DNA from: a virus
Taxonomy: Duplodnaviria; Caudoviricetes
DNA length: 37,366 bases
Direction: 5' to 3' (one strand)
Virus record (IMG/VR): IMGVR_UViG_3300020431_000017
Span: 1-37,366 of that record
Shown piece after piece: positions 9,063 to 18,918 of this stretch; positions within the stretch are counted from its first letter, which is position 1, and every line of letters starts with the position of its first letter. The notes under the pieces are model-generated. The model was not told where the DNA came from and searched no databases. It saw only the letters and a program-made list of their open reading frames with translations. Both the position numbers and the translations under genes were made by a program.

Positions 9063-9731
9063 CTACCGGTTGTGACTATACTGACCATTATCACCTGGAT
9101 AGTCTTCAATGCTCTCGCCTTCGTACTCGACGATCAATCGCTCACCATCCATTCTCTCACCATAAACGTGATAGAAGCAGTCGATGGGCATACCACCATG
9201 TGACTGGAGATAAATTTTTTCTTCATCAAATCTTTTTACGATCACATTTTGATGAGATCCAACAGGAGTTAAATTGACAGTAACTGTAGTCCAATCTACC
9301 AATCCCTTCCAATAAGATGGATATGAAATTTCATTTCTGTTAGTAACTCTACCTCTAAAATAAACACCAGACTCAGGTCCTTCTAGACAAATGTGGCGAA
9401 GTCTATATCCATTTTTTGTTGGGTGAGGAATATCAAATGCTTTTCTTGAGGTTAGTGTGATGCCACTTGCAGTTACCTCAGAAGCTACAATATCTCCAGT
9501 AATAGTAATATCACAATCACCAGTTAAAGAATTTGTAATGATAAAGTCATCAATTTTTGCAGCAGAATAGTAATAAGGAGTACATGCATCCTGCTTAGGA
9601 TAGTCATCCTCATTCTCTACTCTAATTTTTGCAATATACTGAGGCACGATGGCAGATGGTGATCCCCATGCAGCTCTATCAATACAATCTGGACCTGGTG
9701 GTCTACTTGAAGGGGCAAATTCCATTGACAT
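9063..9731 (-). CDS. Baseplate/spike-associated structural protein with FDIPHP..RLRHICLEGPE domain
   Basis: C-terminal domain paralogous to the adjacent gene; TAATG coupling; last gene of the tail operon. Confidence 0.65.
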   Translation of the reverse strand: MSMEFAPSSRPPGPDCIDRAAWGSPSAIVPQYIAKIRVENEDDYPKQDACTPYYYSAAKIDDFIITNSLTGDCDITITGDIVASEVTASGITLTSRKAFDIPHPTKNGYRLRHICLEGPESGVYFRGRVTNRNEISYPSYWKGLVDWTTVTVNLTPVGSHQNVIVKRFDEEKIYLQSHGGMPIDCFYHVYGERMDGERLIVEYEGESIEDYPGDNGQYSHNR

Positions 9732-10570
9732 TAATTCTCATCCTCAACCTTTTTTACTGTTTCTTGTACCATATTTTTAATTAAACCTTCAACATAGTTA
9801 TGTTCAAAATTAAACGAATAACCTTCATTGCCATTTGGATAGTCTTCATGAGACTCTCCCTCATATTCTACAACAAGATCATCATCAAGTCTACGTGCAA
9901 CAATATAATAGTCACCTTTGATAGGACCACCTGCATTATTTCTAACGACAACCTGTCTTTCGTTAACAATTTCTTTAACAAAAAGTTCTTGCCAACATCC
10001 AATTGGAGTTAAACTAATAGACATATCGTTTTTGTTAACAAGGCCATCCCAGAATGTTGGAAGATCAATAGCACCATTTGGTGGAATTTTTCCTCGACAA
10101 TAAACTGCAATCTCAGGACCTTCAATACAAACGTGCCTTAATCTCCACCCCTTTTTATTCGGATGTGGCATATCAAAAGGGAGATCTTTTTTAAGAGACA
10201 AGACATGTCTACCACAACTTCCAATTACTTCTGCTTGTGCCTGAACATTAACCATTGCTGTCACATTACCTGCAACATCAGTATTACCCATCAATGCTGA
10301 AGGACCTGAAACTGCAAAAGAATATGGATTATTAATTCCAAAACACATTCCACCAGGAACAACAGGTGTAGGTGCGTCATCGTTTACTAGTGGACCAACG
10401 TTAAGTGCCCCATATGGATAAGGAAAAACTGTTGGACTTCCTGTGACAACGGGTCCTTCCATCATTGCAGATCCATTTATCTTTGTTGGACCCTCTCCAG
10501 TAGCAATGCAAAGACCTGCACCAACTTTTAGTTGTCCACCTATGTTAAGATCATCAAAATTAAAAGACAT
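9731..10570 (-). CDS. Baseplate/spike-associated structural protein with FDMPHP..RLRHVCIEGPE domain
   Basis: Gly/Val-rich N-terminus plus the same C-terminal domain as its neighbour. Confidence 0.65.
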   Translation of the reverse strand: MSFNFDDLNIGGQLKVGAGLCIATGEGPTKINGSAMMEGPVVTGSPTVFPYPYGALNVGPLVNDDAPTPVVPGGMCFGINNPYSFAVSGPSALMGNTDVAGNVTAMVNVQAQAEVIGSCGRHVLSLKKDLPFDMPHPNKKGWRLRHVCIEGPEIAVYCRGKIPPNGAIDLPTFWDGLVNKNDMSISLTPIGCWQELFVKEIVNERQVVVRNNAGGPIKGDYYIVARRLDDDLVVEYEGESHEDYPNGNEGYSFNFEHNYVEGLIKNMVQETVKKVEDEN

Positions 10571-10572
10571 TA

Positions 10573-11211
10573 TTATGCTCCTTGTTGTTTGGTCTGATAG
10601 TTCATTCCACCGACTTTAGAATCTTTAAGAGCGCAACCATCAGTTACTCCTCTTATGATAGATCCATACATTTTTAAAACACCATTTGCAACTACTTCTC
10701 CTGTTCCAGGAGTACATAATTTATAATGATTTTTAGCATTGCCAAGAATTTTTTTGGCATCTAATTTTATAGTCTCAGTAGCAGTGATTTGAACATTTCC
10801 TTGACTATTATCACCCCTAGCAATGAGTTCTATATCATCAGCCTCCATTCTAATTTTTCCATTCGATGCTTTAATGATAATATTACCATTCTTTGCCTCT
10901 AATATCAAGCTGTCCTGTGCTACTTCATTATCACTTCCACATTCAACTTGGAAATTGCCAGGAGATGTTGATGATGTCCATCCCTTTCTTTGTCCATCTT
11001 TATCAAGCGAAAATTGATGGCGACCATCAGGAGTATTAAACAAAACTGCTGCTGTTACATCACCCGGTTTATGAATATGTCCAAGTGAAAGTGATCCATG
11101 ATCATTTCCATATGTTACGGCAGTATAATTTTGTTTAGTTGTATCTGAAGGATTTGATTGAGAAGAACTCCCAGACAATCTATCAGTTTTTGAATTTCTA
11201 GATGTTGGCAT
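10573..11211 (-). CDS. Probable gp5 C-terminal-like beta-helix/spike protein
   Basis: Short periodic beta-strand repeats (LEAKNGNIIIKASNGKIRMEADDIELIA..GNVQITATETIKLDAK) typical of gp5/VgrG spikes; downstream of gp5. Confidence 0.5.
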   Translation of the reverse strand: MPTSRNSKTDRLSGSSSQSNPSDTTKQNYTAVTYGNDHGSLSLGHIHKPGDVTAAVLFNTPDGRHQFSLDKDGQRKGWTSSTSPGNFQVECGSDNEVAQDSLILEAKNGNIIIKASNGKIRMEADDIELIARGDNSQGNVQITATETIKLDAKKILGNAKNHYKLCTPGTGEVVANGVLKMYGSIIRGVTDGCALKDSKVGGMNYQTKQQGA

Positions 11212-11233
11212 TTTATTTTATCCTATATTATAT

Positions 11234-14200
11234 TTAATCATTGTCAATTAAGTTTTCTGGTGTATTGGGAATATCAAGTCTAGGATCATTATTAGTAACG
11301 TCTGTACCCTGTCTTTGAATTGCAGATGGAGGTGTAGTAACCTGAGCATCAATGCTCTCTTGAAGAGTTCTGTATACTTGAACAAGATCTCCAGGTGTTT
11401 CATAGAATCCAGCATAACTGACTCCATTTTTATAGAATACTGCACCAAAATATGCACGTCCATCTATATAACCAGTTTGTTTCAGTCCAACTAAGTCAGT
11501 AACCTGAATTAGTTTATCTTCATCAACAACAATAGGATCTCTTACAACTTCAAACTGAGGTCTAAATGTTGCATTGACACCCGGAGTTGGTTCAGCACCA
11601 CCATTCGGACCAACCATCCTGATATCAGGATATCTAGTAAATCCCAATCCTGGATTTATAATATCCACATTAGTTATTCTACCAAAAGTATCGCAACTAT
11701 ATGAGAGTTCTGCTCCATTGCTTGGTTCAATAACAATTTCATCTGTACCACAATTATAATTGATACCAGTATCTTCCACTTCAATAGATTTTAGTCTTAA
11801 GGAAACTGGATATGTGGAAATTTGATTTAGATTTAAATCTGGAGCAGGAGATTCATATCCATTTCCAGGATCATCAACAAGAACATCAACGATAGATCCC
11901 TTTCCACTAATTAATTTTGGACAAGGTGGGGGAATGAGTATCGCAGAAATAGCAACAGGATTTTGTGTCCAAGACTTAGATCCATTAGAAACTCTAACCT
12001 GCTTTTGAATAACCAAACCAAACCCTGTTGGATTTCTCAAGAATATGTCAGTATCACTTGGAACATTTTCCAGTTTTACAACAACATCATATTTTCCTGC
12101 ACTAATAGTAGCTTTCTGAACTGTGGGTTGATTTTTAAAAGTTCTAGATTTAGCAACTGAAACATTATTTACAAATACTTCTGCAATGTTGTCACTTTGT
12201 AAGTAAATATCATATTGTCCTGTTAGTGGAAAATCTACTCCTGAAAAAGTATAATCCTTTGTTCCATTAATTGCAGGATTATCTGCATTTAGAGGTGGTA
12301 AAAGAGGAGAAACTCCATGATTATTCATAAATTTACTCCACCTTTCATCCTTATAGTGGAATAGTGGAGGTCCACTATAAGTAACACCACCTCTTGATGC
12401 TCCACCAGATAGTCCACCACTAACATTTTGTTTTTTACCACCCTTAACAATGAATGTGCATGATGCACTTTGAGATCCATTGTTTAAGTTTATAAATTCT
12501 CCTTCGCTTGGAGTACAAATCAAATCAGTAAAATCATTATCGTCATCTTCTTCTATTTTTATAGAACTGCCGCTACTCTGCAATCTAATTCCATCTTTAC
12601 TTTGAGGACTAAAAATCTGAACACTATATTCTTTACCAACTTCAATTTGTTTCGTAACATTTGAATTTAATTGAGGGCCCTTATAAGATTTTCCCTCGTC
12701 AAGTCCAATTTCTGATATTACAATTCTGTTTGCAAACTCTGCGGAGGTAGTAACAGAAAAAGTAACTTCTTTCTTCTCAGAAGTCTCTGTAATTGTTGCA
12801 GGTGCTTGGAAATCTTTTGATCTTAATATTTTTTTAGTAACAAATTTAAAGGTTTCAGTATTAGCATTAATAAGTTCAAGAGAAATTGTATGATTTCCTC
12901 TAGTTAAAAATATACTTTGAAATTTAACTTTGTTTCTATGATGTTTCCATATAATATCACCAGATCCTTTAAGATCAAATGCAACTCTACCGTCAACAAA
13001 TATCTTTGCAATATTATCTCTCTGAACAGCAAATTTATAGAACCCGTCATATGGAATTTCTACAGGCCAAGAATTAGTAAAAACAATTCCTCCCGCATCA
13101 GTATTAAGTTCTCCTGAAGGGGGAACAGGAGATATTGCATATCTATTAAAGAAATCTGTCCAATAAAATCTTCTATCTTTACCGAATGCTCCAAGTGCTT
13201 CACTCCATGAAACTGGCCACCATCTTTGAGAGGATGTTGGAAATCTAGTTGTCCAGATTGGGTTGTTTGGGCATCTACCTTCTTGTGCAGGAATTGGTTC
13301 TTGAGGAATTGGAGGAAGAGGTGCATCAATTGTAACGGAAACTCCAGTTGGATTATCGTTCCAGGGTTGTTTTTGTAAAACATATGACTGTGCAATTGAT
13401 CCCAACACAGTCATTGCAAATCCCATTGGATTTCTATCTTGTTGGCCAACTCTGCCAACGTTATCATCTTTTAATGGACCATCATCAGATTGTTCCAATA
13501 CAACAGTGATGTCATATTTTCCCTTATTCATAGTTTTTGAAACAATTAACTTTGAACTTCTAGGACCACCTGCTTTCTCTATGACAATAGCTTCTTGTGA
13601 GGGTCCGGAAATAGTGATCGTAGCAAAATCATCTGCCATTATCTCAAAAGTATATACACTTTTGTCTGGGAAATTTACTTGAGGCCATTTAATAGTATAT
13701 GCTCCAACAAAACTTTGAGTTCTTGTTTCGATAGAATTTGGATTTACCGGAGTAATTCCAAATGAATTCATAAAGTTATTATCAGCATACAAATTAGAAG
13801 GGTTTGTTCTAAACAAAACTCTATTAGATCTACTAATAAAATCAGTCGTAGTAAAAAGTTCTTTTGATGGTTGGGTAACAAACCTTGCAGATTGTGCTGC
13901 GACTGCTGCTTTTACAACTCTTGCTCCAGAAAGTTGCTCTGCTGTTAATGCCGTAAATCTAGCATTTACATCGTTACCATCAGAATCAAACATATTGATT
14001 CTTTGTTGTCTTTGATTTGGATTTGGTCCTGTATTAACAATTACAGGACTTTTAGAACCAGATGCTGCACCATTAATTGATACTTTATATTTTTTATTTG
14101 CTCTAAAAATTCCAAATTTTTCAACAGATCCCCTTTCTTTCTTTTTCTTTCTATCAAAAAATAAAATTCCTTCTTCTGTATCCACCTTTATATTATCAAC

Positions 14201-15487
14201 TGCAATTCCAGCATTGTTTGGATCGTCATCAAAGTCCAACCTAAATCTAATTTTTACTAAATCATTCCCCCCTATAAGTACAAAGTATTGTCCACCTTCT
14301 TTTAAGAAAATACTTCCAACAGTTTGCTCTTGAGTTACAGCTGCCTGAGCCTGTCGTGCAGGAGCAACGAGTTCTTTATAAAGTCCACCATTTTTTAAAT
14401 CAATTCTAATCTGATGAACACCTGCTTTAATATACTTACTTGTTTTTGCGGGTGCTTCATTAAAAGAAGATAATGTCATGATTTTTTGATTATCAATATA
14501 TAAATCTCTTATAGCACCATCACCATTTCCTCTAAATTTATACTGTCCATCATAAGGGAAGTCTTCTTCCCATTCCATTTGAAATAATTCAGTTGCAAAA
14601 TCAGATCCAGGAGCAGATGAAGGTGGAACAGGAGAAACTGCATATCTATTCATGAATTTGTTCCAAACAAATCCAGCAGCTATTGTTGCCTGAAGATTTC
14701 CTGGACCTTTTGCATCTTGAAATTTTCTATATGGTTCATCAGTAACCTTATGAATAACTTTATTAACTTTATCAGTTGCAGTAATTCTTAATGGAATTTC
14801 TTTTCTAGTAGTCCACCATGGTTTACTATTTTGCTGAAGAAAGTTTTGATATTGCTGTATCTCTCTACGAATAGGATCATCAGATAAACTAGCATATAAA
14901 GATGGATCCCATTCTCCGATAGATCTTCCATCAGCACCAAATCTTCTTCCAAATCCTGCAGAAGAATCAGACTCTATAATATAATTTTCAAAATCATCTT
15001 CCTGATCATAAATTTGAAATCTTTCTACAACATCTCCCAACACAGATCTTATTACAGCCCCTGCCCCAATACCACAACCATCCTTTACCTCAGTTATAGG
15101 TGCATATTGATAACCATGCCCTCCACGAATTAAATCGACGGCAAGAAGAGCACCATCAGATCCAACAATAGGATTTCCCTGAACACCTACTCCACCACCA
15201 CCATAAAAATATGCCTTAGGTGGACCACATTCTGTTTCAAATTGAATACCTTCACATAAACTTTTTTGATTTCCCCCCAAGTCTTCAATTGTTAATGAAT
15301 TTACTTCATTTATATTCAAATATCTTATACTTTCTCTCGTCTTTAATATAAAAGTGGATCCTGGATTACTCTTTGCATAAATGTTAGCTTCTCTTTTAGA
15401 AACTCCGTCAATAAAACCCCTCTCAGTTGAAATATATCCAACTTTAATATCATTATCCGTGGGTTGACTGAAGATATTAAACGACAT
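11234..15487 (-). CDS. Large baseplate-region protein with four PA14-like domains (1417 aa)
   Basis: Repeats of FPYDGQYKF...D...LYIDN...GVHQIRIDL-type PA14 pattern, each preceded by W.xFMN.YxxSP motif; GxGY repeats at both ends. Confidence 0.7.
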   Translation of the reverse strand: MSFNIFSQPTDNDIKVGYISTERGFIDGVSKREANIYAKSNPGSTFILKTRESIRYLNINEVNSLTIEDLGGNQKSLCEGIQFETECGPPKAYFYGGGGVGVQGNPIVGSDGALLAVDLIRGGHGYQYAPITEVKDGCGIGAGAVIRSVLGDVVERFQIYDQEDDFENYIIESDSSAGFGRRFGADGRSIGEWDPSLYASLSDDPIRREIQQYQNFLQQNSKPWWTTRKEIPLRITATDKVNKVIHKVTDEPYRKFQDAKGPGNLQATIAAGFVWNKFMNRYAVSPVPPSSAPGSDFATELFQMEWEEDFPYDGQYKFRGNGDGAIRDLYIDNQKIMTLSSFNEAPAKTSKYIKAGVHQIRIDLKNGGLYKELVAPARQAQAAVTQEQTVGSIFLKEGGQYFVLIGGNDLVKIRFRLDFDDDPNNAGIAVDNIKVDTEEGILFFDRKKKKERGSVEKFGIFRANKKYKVSINGAASGSKSPVIVNTGPNPNQRQQRINMFDSDGNDVNARFTALTAEQLSGARVVKAAVAAQSARFVTQPSKELFTTTDFISRSNRVLFRTNPSNLYADNNFMNSFGITPVNPNSIETRTQSFVGAYTIKWPQVNFPDKSVYTFEIMADDFATITISGPSQEAIVIEKAGGPRSSKLIVSKTMNKGKYDITVVLEQSDDGPLKDDNVGRVGQQDRNPMGFAMTVLGSIAQSYVLQKQPWNDNPTGVSVTIDAPLPPIPQEPIPAQEGRCPNNPIWTTRFPTSSQRWWPVSWSEALGAFGKDRRFYWTDFFNRYAISPVPPSGELNTDAGGIVFTNSWPVEIPYDGFYKFAVQRDNIAKIFVDGRVAFDLKGSGDIIWKHHRNKVKFQSIFLTRGNHTISLELINANTETFKFVTKKILRSKDFQAPATITETSEKKEVTFSVTTSAEFANRIVISEIGLDEGKSYKGPQLNSNVTKQIEVGKEYSVQIFSPQSKDGIRLQSSGSSIKIEEDDDNDFTDLICTPSEGEFINLNNGSQSASCTFIVKGGKKQNVSGGLSGGASRGGVTYSGPPLFHYKDERWSKFMNNHGVSPLLPPLNADNPAINGTKDYTFSGVDFPLTGQYDIYLQSDNIAEVFVNNVSVAKSRTFKNQPTVQKATISAGKYDVVVKLENVPSDTDIFLRNPTGFGLVIQKQVRVSNGSKSWTQNPVAISAILIPPPCPKLISGKGSIVDVLVDDPGNGYESPAPDLNLNQISTYPVSLRLKSIEVEDTGINYNCGTDEIVIEPSNGAELSYSCDTFGRITNVDIINPGLGFTRYPDIRMVGPNGGAEPTPGVNATFRPQFEVVRDPIVVDEDKLIQVTDLVGLKQTGYIDGRAYFGAVFYKNGVSYAGFYETPGDLVQVYRTLQESIDAQVTTPPSAIQRQGTDVTNNDPRLDIPNTPENLIDND

Positions 15488-15522
15488 AAGTTTCTATATT
15501 TGCACTTTATCAAGCGTAATGA

Positions 15523-15530
15523 TATTTATG
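15523..15530 (-). promoter_or_regulatory. T4-type late promoter motif (CATAAATA)
   Basis: Intergenic, about 35 nt upstream of the PA14 gene start. Confidence 0.6.
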
Positions 15531-15536
15531 AGACTA

Positions 15537-17285
15537 TTACAAATCAAGATCTGGCAGATCTGCAGGAGGTTCTGCATATGGTTTTTCGTTGGATCCTGCA
15601 GTAACAGTATTTGTAGAGTTAACAGCAGCATCACTGACAGACTTAGAACTTGGAGACTGCGAGTCTGGTTGACCAGCACCACCTCCACCAAAAGTATAAA
15701 AATCAGAAACTGCAGGAGTTGCGGAGATCTCACATCCAAAAATATTCATTGTTATATTTTGAAATTGTAAAGCAGCTGCCATACTACCACCAATATCACC
15801 AATCATTCCATTGATGTCTCCCAAAGCATTACTAACACCTGCCATTTGATTTTGTGCGTCGTCAATAAAAGCATTTACATTTTCCAATAAAGAATTATTT
15901 GCATTATCAATTTCAGTTCTTTTACTTGCCAGCACATCACCAACTAAAGTTTCTGCATAGCACATGGGAACATTTGGTGTACTAGTATTTTTTTGATTTG
16001 GATTGCTAAGTCTGTCTCTTGCTTGCTTCTCTATATCATCAGGTTTAATTGCATCAAGTAACATCGACTCAATTAAAGAACATAAATTTTGTGTCAACTT
16101 ATTATAAAGACACAAGATTAACTCACAAAGTTGTTCTTTAATATCAGAAAACTGAAATCTCATACTAGATGGTAAAGCTGCAACTGCTTTTGTTAAACCT
16201 TTGTTAAGTAATTTCAAGGCATATTCCATAACCTTATCAAAAATTATTTTCATATACTTTGCTATTTCACATGATACAAGATGGATTAATTTTTTTAAAT
16301 CTAGCATCCCAGATGCTAGAGAAACAGCATCAATGTAACTTGATATTGCATTCATATACTTATCTATTTTTGTCAATAGATTATCCAAAGCAGTTTGGAT
16401 TGCTTTAATTGATGATCCCACAATGTCATCAGGTTTCATCAATACAATTTTTTCTTGATATTTCTCATCACGTTTCACATCTGCTGCGCTTAACCTGTGA
16501 GGATTTCCAACACTCTCCATTGATGCTCCAGGAGAAGAAGGAGCACTAGGAGAATTTGCCTGAGAGCAACGATTTTTAATTCCATCAGCAACTTTCTGCT
16601 GAACAAAATCTTCTTTTTCCTGCCCAGTTAATCCCAGTCTTTCAGATTCTGCTCTTGCACTTCTAGAATCAGCAAATTGTTCATTGGTTAATATTTTATC
16701 AGGACGTAATCCAAATTTATTTGTTGCTACTCCAGGAGGAGCAGGAGAACATTCATTGGATTGGTTTTCTGATTTTGGTTTTTCTGTTGTAAGATCTTCG
16801 TCAGGTACTTTTTCTCTTGCTGCAGATTCCTTAGTAACAGACCCAGAACTATATCCACTTGTGGGTCCAAAATTAGAATCTGTTGTTCCAGTTTTAGTCT
16901 TGAGAACTGTTTGATCATTATTTCCCAGAATCCCCATGATAACAGGAACTTGCTGATCCTGCCCATCAAGGAAAAATCCAAAGACAAAATTTCCCTGTCT
17001 TATGTTTGGAGTTTGTTTTGCATTTGTTTGACCACCACCAGCAGTCACAGGATACATCACCTGCGCCCACGGAAGTTGATCTGAGGGAATAGTTTCCTCT
17101 TCCTTATCATGAAGTCCTATGATACGGACTTTGTACCTTCTACCCCATCCTGGAACAGTATCCTTACCTTCAAATTTTCCAGAAAGATGATTATCTCTCC
17201 AAACAGAATCATCAGCAACTTGGCCGATCCACCATAGGAAACTTGCTCCTAAAAAACCTGAATTAAATAAAGATCCACCTTCCAT
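15537..17285 (-). CDS. gp5: gp5-like baseplate hub/central spike protein (N-terminal OB domain, no evident lysozyme domain)
   Basis: WWIGQV..GRRYKVRIIGLH..DQLPWAQVMYPVT..GNFVFGFFLDG..QQVPVIMG is the T4 gp5 OB-fold signature; the rest is helical. Confidence 0.85.
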   Translation of the reverse strand: MEGGSLFNSGFLGASFLWWIGQVADDSVWRDNHLSGKFEGKDTVPGWGRRYKVRIIGLHDKEEETIPSDQLPWAQVMYPVTAGGGQTNAKQTPNIRQGNFVFGFFLDGQDQQVPVIMGILGNNDQTVLKTKTGTTDSNFGPTSGYSSGSVTKESAAREKVPDEDLTTEKPKSENQSNECSPAPPGVATNKFGLRPDKILTNEQFADSRSARAESERLGLTGQEKEDFVQQKVADGIKNRCSQANSPSAPSSPGASMESVGNPHRLSAADVKRDEKYQEKIVLMKPDDIVGSSIKAIQTALDNLLTKIDKYMNAISSYIDAVSLASGMLDLKKLIHLVSCEIAKYMKIIFDKVMEYALKLLNKGLTKAVAALPSSMRFQFSDIKEQLCELILCLYNKLTQNLCSLIESMLLDAIKPDDIEKQARDRLSNPNQKNTSTPNVPMCYAETLVGDVLASKRTEIDNANNSLLENVNAFIDDAQNQMAGVSNALGDINGMIGDIGGSMAAALQFQNITMNIFGCEISATPAVSDFYTFGGGGAGQPDSQSPSSKSVSDAAVNSTNTVTAGSNEKPYAEPPADLPDLDL

Positions 17286-17291
17286 TAGTTA

Positions 17292-17528
17292 TCAATCTTC
17301 GTAAATTCTACATTCATCAGCTTCTGGATTTTCATCACAGTACATTTCAAACATTGTTGGGTCATGATGATCTCCTGCTTCAATATCTTTTACATGTTCT
17401 TGAGCATAACGTTCAAGATGTTCTAACTCATCTACAGTATGACGACGCATTTGTGGAGATGTTGTTTCATTATCAATAAGTTTTTTATCATCTTCTATAT
17501 GTTGTTCGATTGTTCTTTTTTCTGTCAT
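17292..17528 (-). CDS. cp12: CP12 Calvin-cycle inhibitor (auxiliary metabolic gene)
   Basis: C-terminal FEMYCDENPEADECRIYED is the CP12 signature; SPQMRRH..DELEHL is typical of the phage/marine type. Confidence 0.92.
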   Translation of the reverse strand: MTEKRTIEQHIEDDKKLIDNETTSPQMRRHTVDELEHLERYAQEHVKDIEAGDHHDPTMFEMYCDENPEADECRIYED

Positions 17529-17537
17529 AATTGAATT

Positions 17538-18893
17538 TTAAGAATGGTTACCTGTTCTACCAAAAGAATCTCTCACAAGATTTAGTTTAGTATAAGTCTC
17601 ACTTTGTGATATGTAATGACATAAATCGGATATAATATATATGCCACCATTTTGTTTGTTTATATCATCGTTTTTTGTATCTGTCTGCAGTTCTGGTACG
17701 TCTAAGAATATAACATCTCCTGCATGTAGTGAGAAATCACCTGGTATTGTAATTTTTGCTTGTTGAGAGTACAACTGATTATACCTCATAATTGACTGAT
17801 TGAGTATTGATTGAGGTTCAAAGTTTTGTTCTCCTGACTTCTTCACTTGCTCACTTCCTTTCCCCTTTCCACCACCAGTAGGAAGAGTTCCCCTATCTAA
17901 AAGCATATATGTTGTTCTAGAAAAATCTTTATTACTACCACTTTTATTAAACTCATCATTCAACTTTGGCAAGTCCTTTCCTGCAGTCTTATATGCCGAT
18001 TTCTTTTGATCTGCACTAGGTGTAATAACTTGATATGCACAGTTGAATGGGTCGAATAAAACTGTCCTAGTAGAAAATGCTCCCATCTGCAATTTCTTTT
18101 GCACGTCAATAGCATTATCTTTACTGTATTCAAGAGCTTTAATATCATAACCCTCAGGTATATTCTGTCCTCGGGTATCTGGAGATTGGTTATATATTAT
18201 TGATTTCTTTTTTTCTTGAGAAAGAAGTCCATCAATAGACTTAAATTTAAATCCTTCATAAGTTTCAAAGAAAAAGTATCCTGAACTACTGCCCTTCTTT
18301 TGATTGTCTGAGGATACTGAATTTTTTGATAACCAGTTTAAAGTGTAATAAGGTTTCTTATTATTGCCACAAAAATTATAATTATTTGAAGTTGATTCTA
18401 TGTCCAACTTTTTTTTAGTGGCAAGGTAATTTTTATCAGTTAATACTCTTCTAATATGGTCAGATACTTTACCATCAAATCTATTATTCAATCTAACCTT
18501 TTCATTCATAATAAATTCTTTTGAGGTTAGACTAAGTTGAACAGCTGATTTTGTAGAATCATCTCCAAAAGGTGTGACATTATTAATGTACATATGATTT
18601 TCCAATGTATCATTAAAATCTAATGTGTTTTCATTATTGTCAGTAAATTTTAGATATACTCTTTCTTCACCTACAATTGGAAGACCATCTAGTGCAGTCT
18701 TACCATCAATAGAATTTCCAGTATCAGCAAAAATTACTGTTGCACGTACACTATCCTTAAGAATACTTTCATAATACATTAAATTAATCAATCCACCAAC
18801 AACACTGACAGATTGTCCAGTTTTATTTGAAACAATATCTATCTTTTTAACGAAAGATGAGTCAGAACTTTTAGATGTTAAGGAATTTGCCAT
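17538..18893 (-). CDS. Baseplate hub protein (gp27-like)
   Basis: YYESIL..., GYFFFETYEGFKFKSID, ITIPGDFSLHAGDVI..GGIYIISDLCH..TKLNLVRDS; located upstream of gp5. Confidence 0.7.
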   Translation of the reverse strand: MANSLTSKSSDSSFVKKIDIVSNKTGQSVSVVGGLINLMYYESILKDSVRATVIFADTGNSIDGKTALDGLPIVGEERVYLKFTDNNENTLDFNDTLENHMYINNVTPFGDDSTKSAVQLSLTSKEFIMNEKVRLNNRFDGKVSDHIRRVLTDKNYLATKKKLDIESTSNNYNFCGNNKKPYYTLNWLSKNSVSSDNQKKGSSSGYFFFETYEGFKFKSIDGLLSQEKKKSIIYNQSPDTRGQNIPEGYDIKALEYSKDNAIDVQKKLQMGAFSTRTVLFDPFNCAYQVITPSADQKKSAYKTAGKDLPKLNDEFNKSGSNKDFSRTTYMLLDRGTLPTGGGKGKGSEQVKKSGEQNFEPQSILNQSIMRYNQLYSQQAKITIPGDFSLHAGDVIFLDVPELQTDTKNDDINKQNGGIYIISDLCHYISQSETYTKLNLVRDSFGRTGNHS

Positions 18894-18918
18894 TTAATAT
18901 TGTACCTCGTATTACTAT

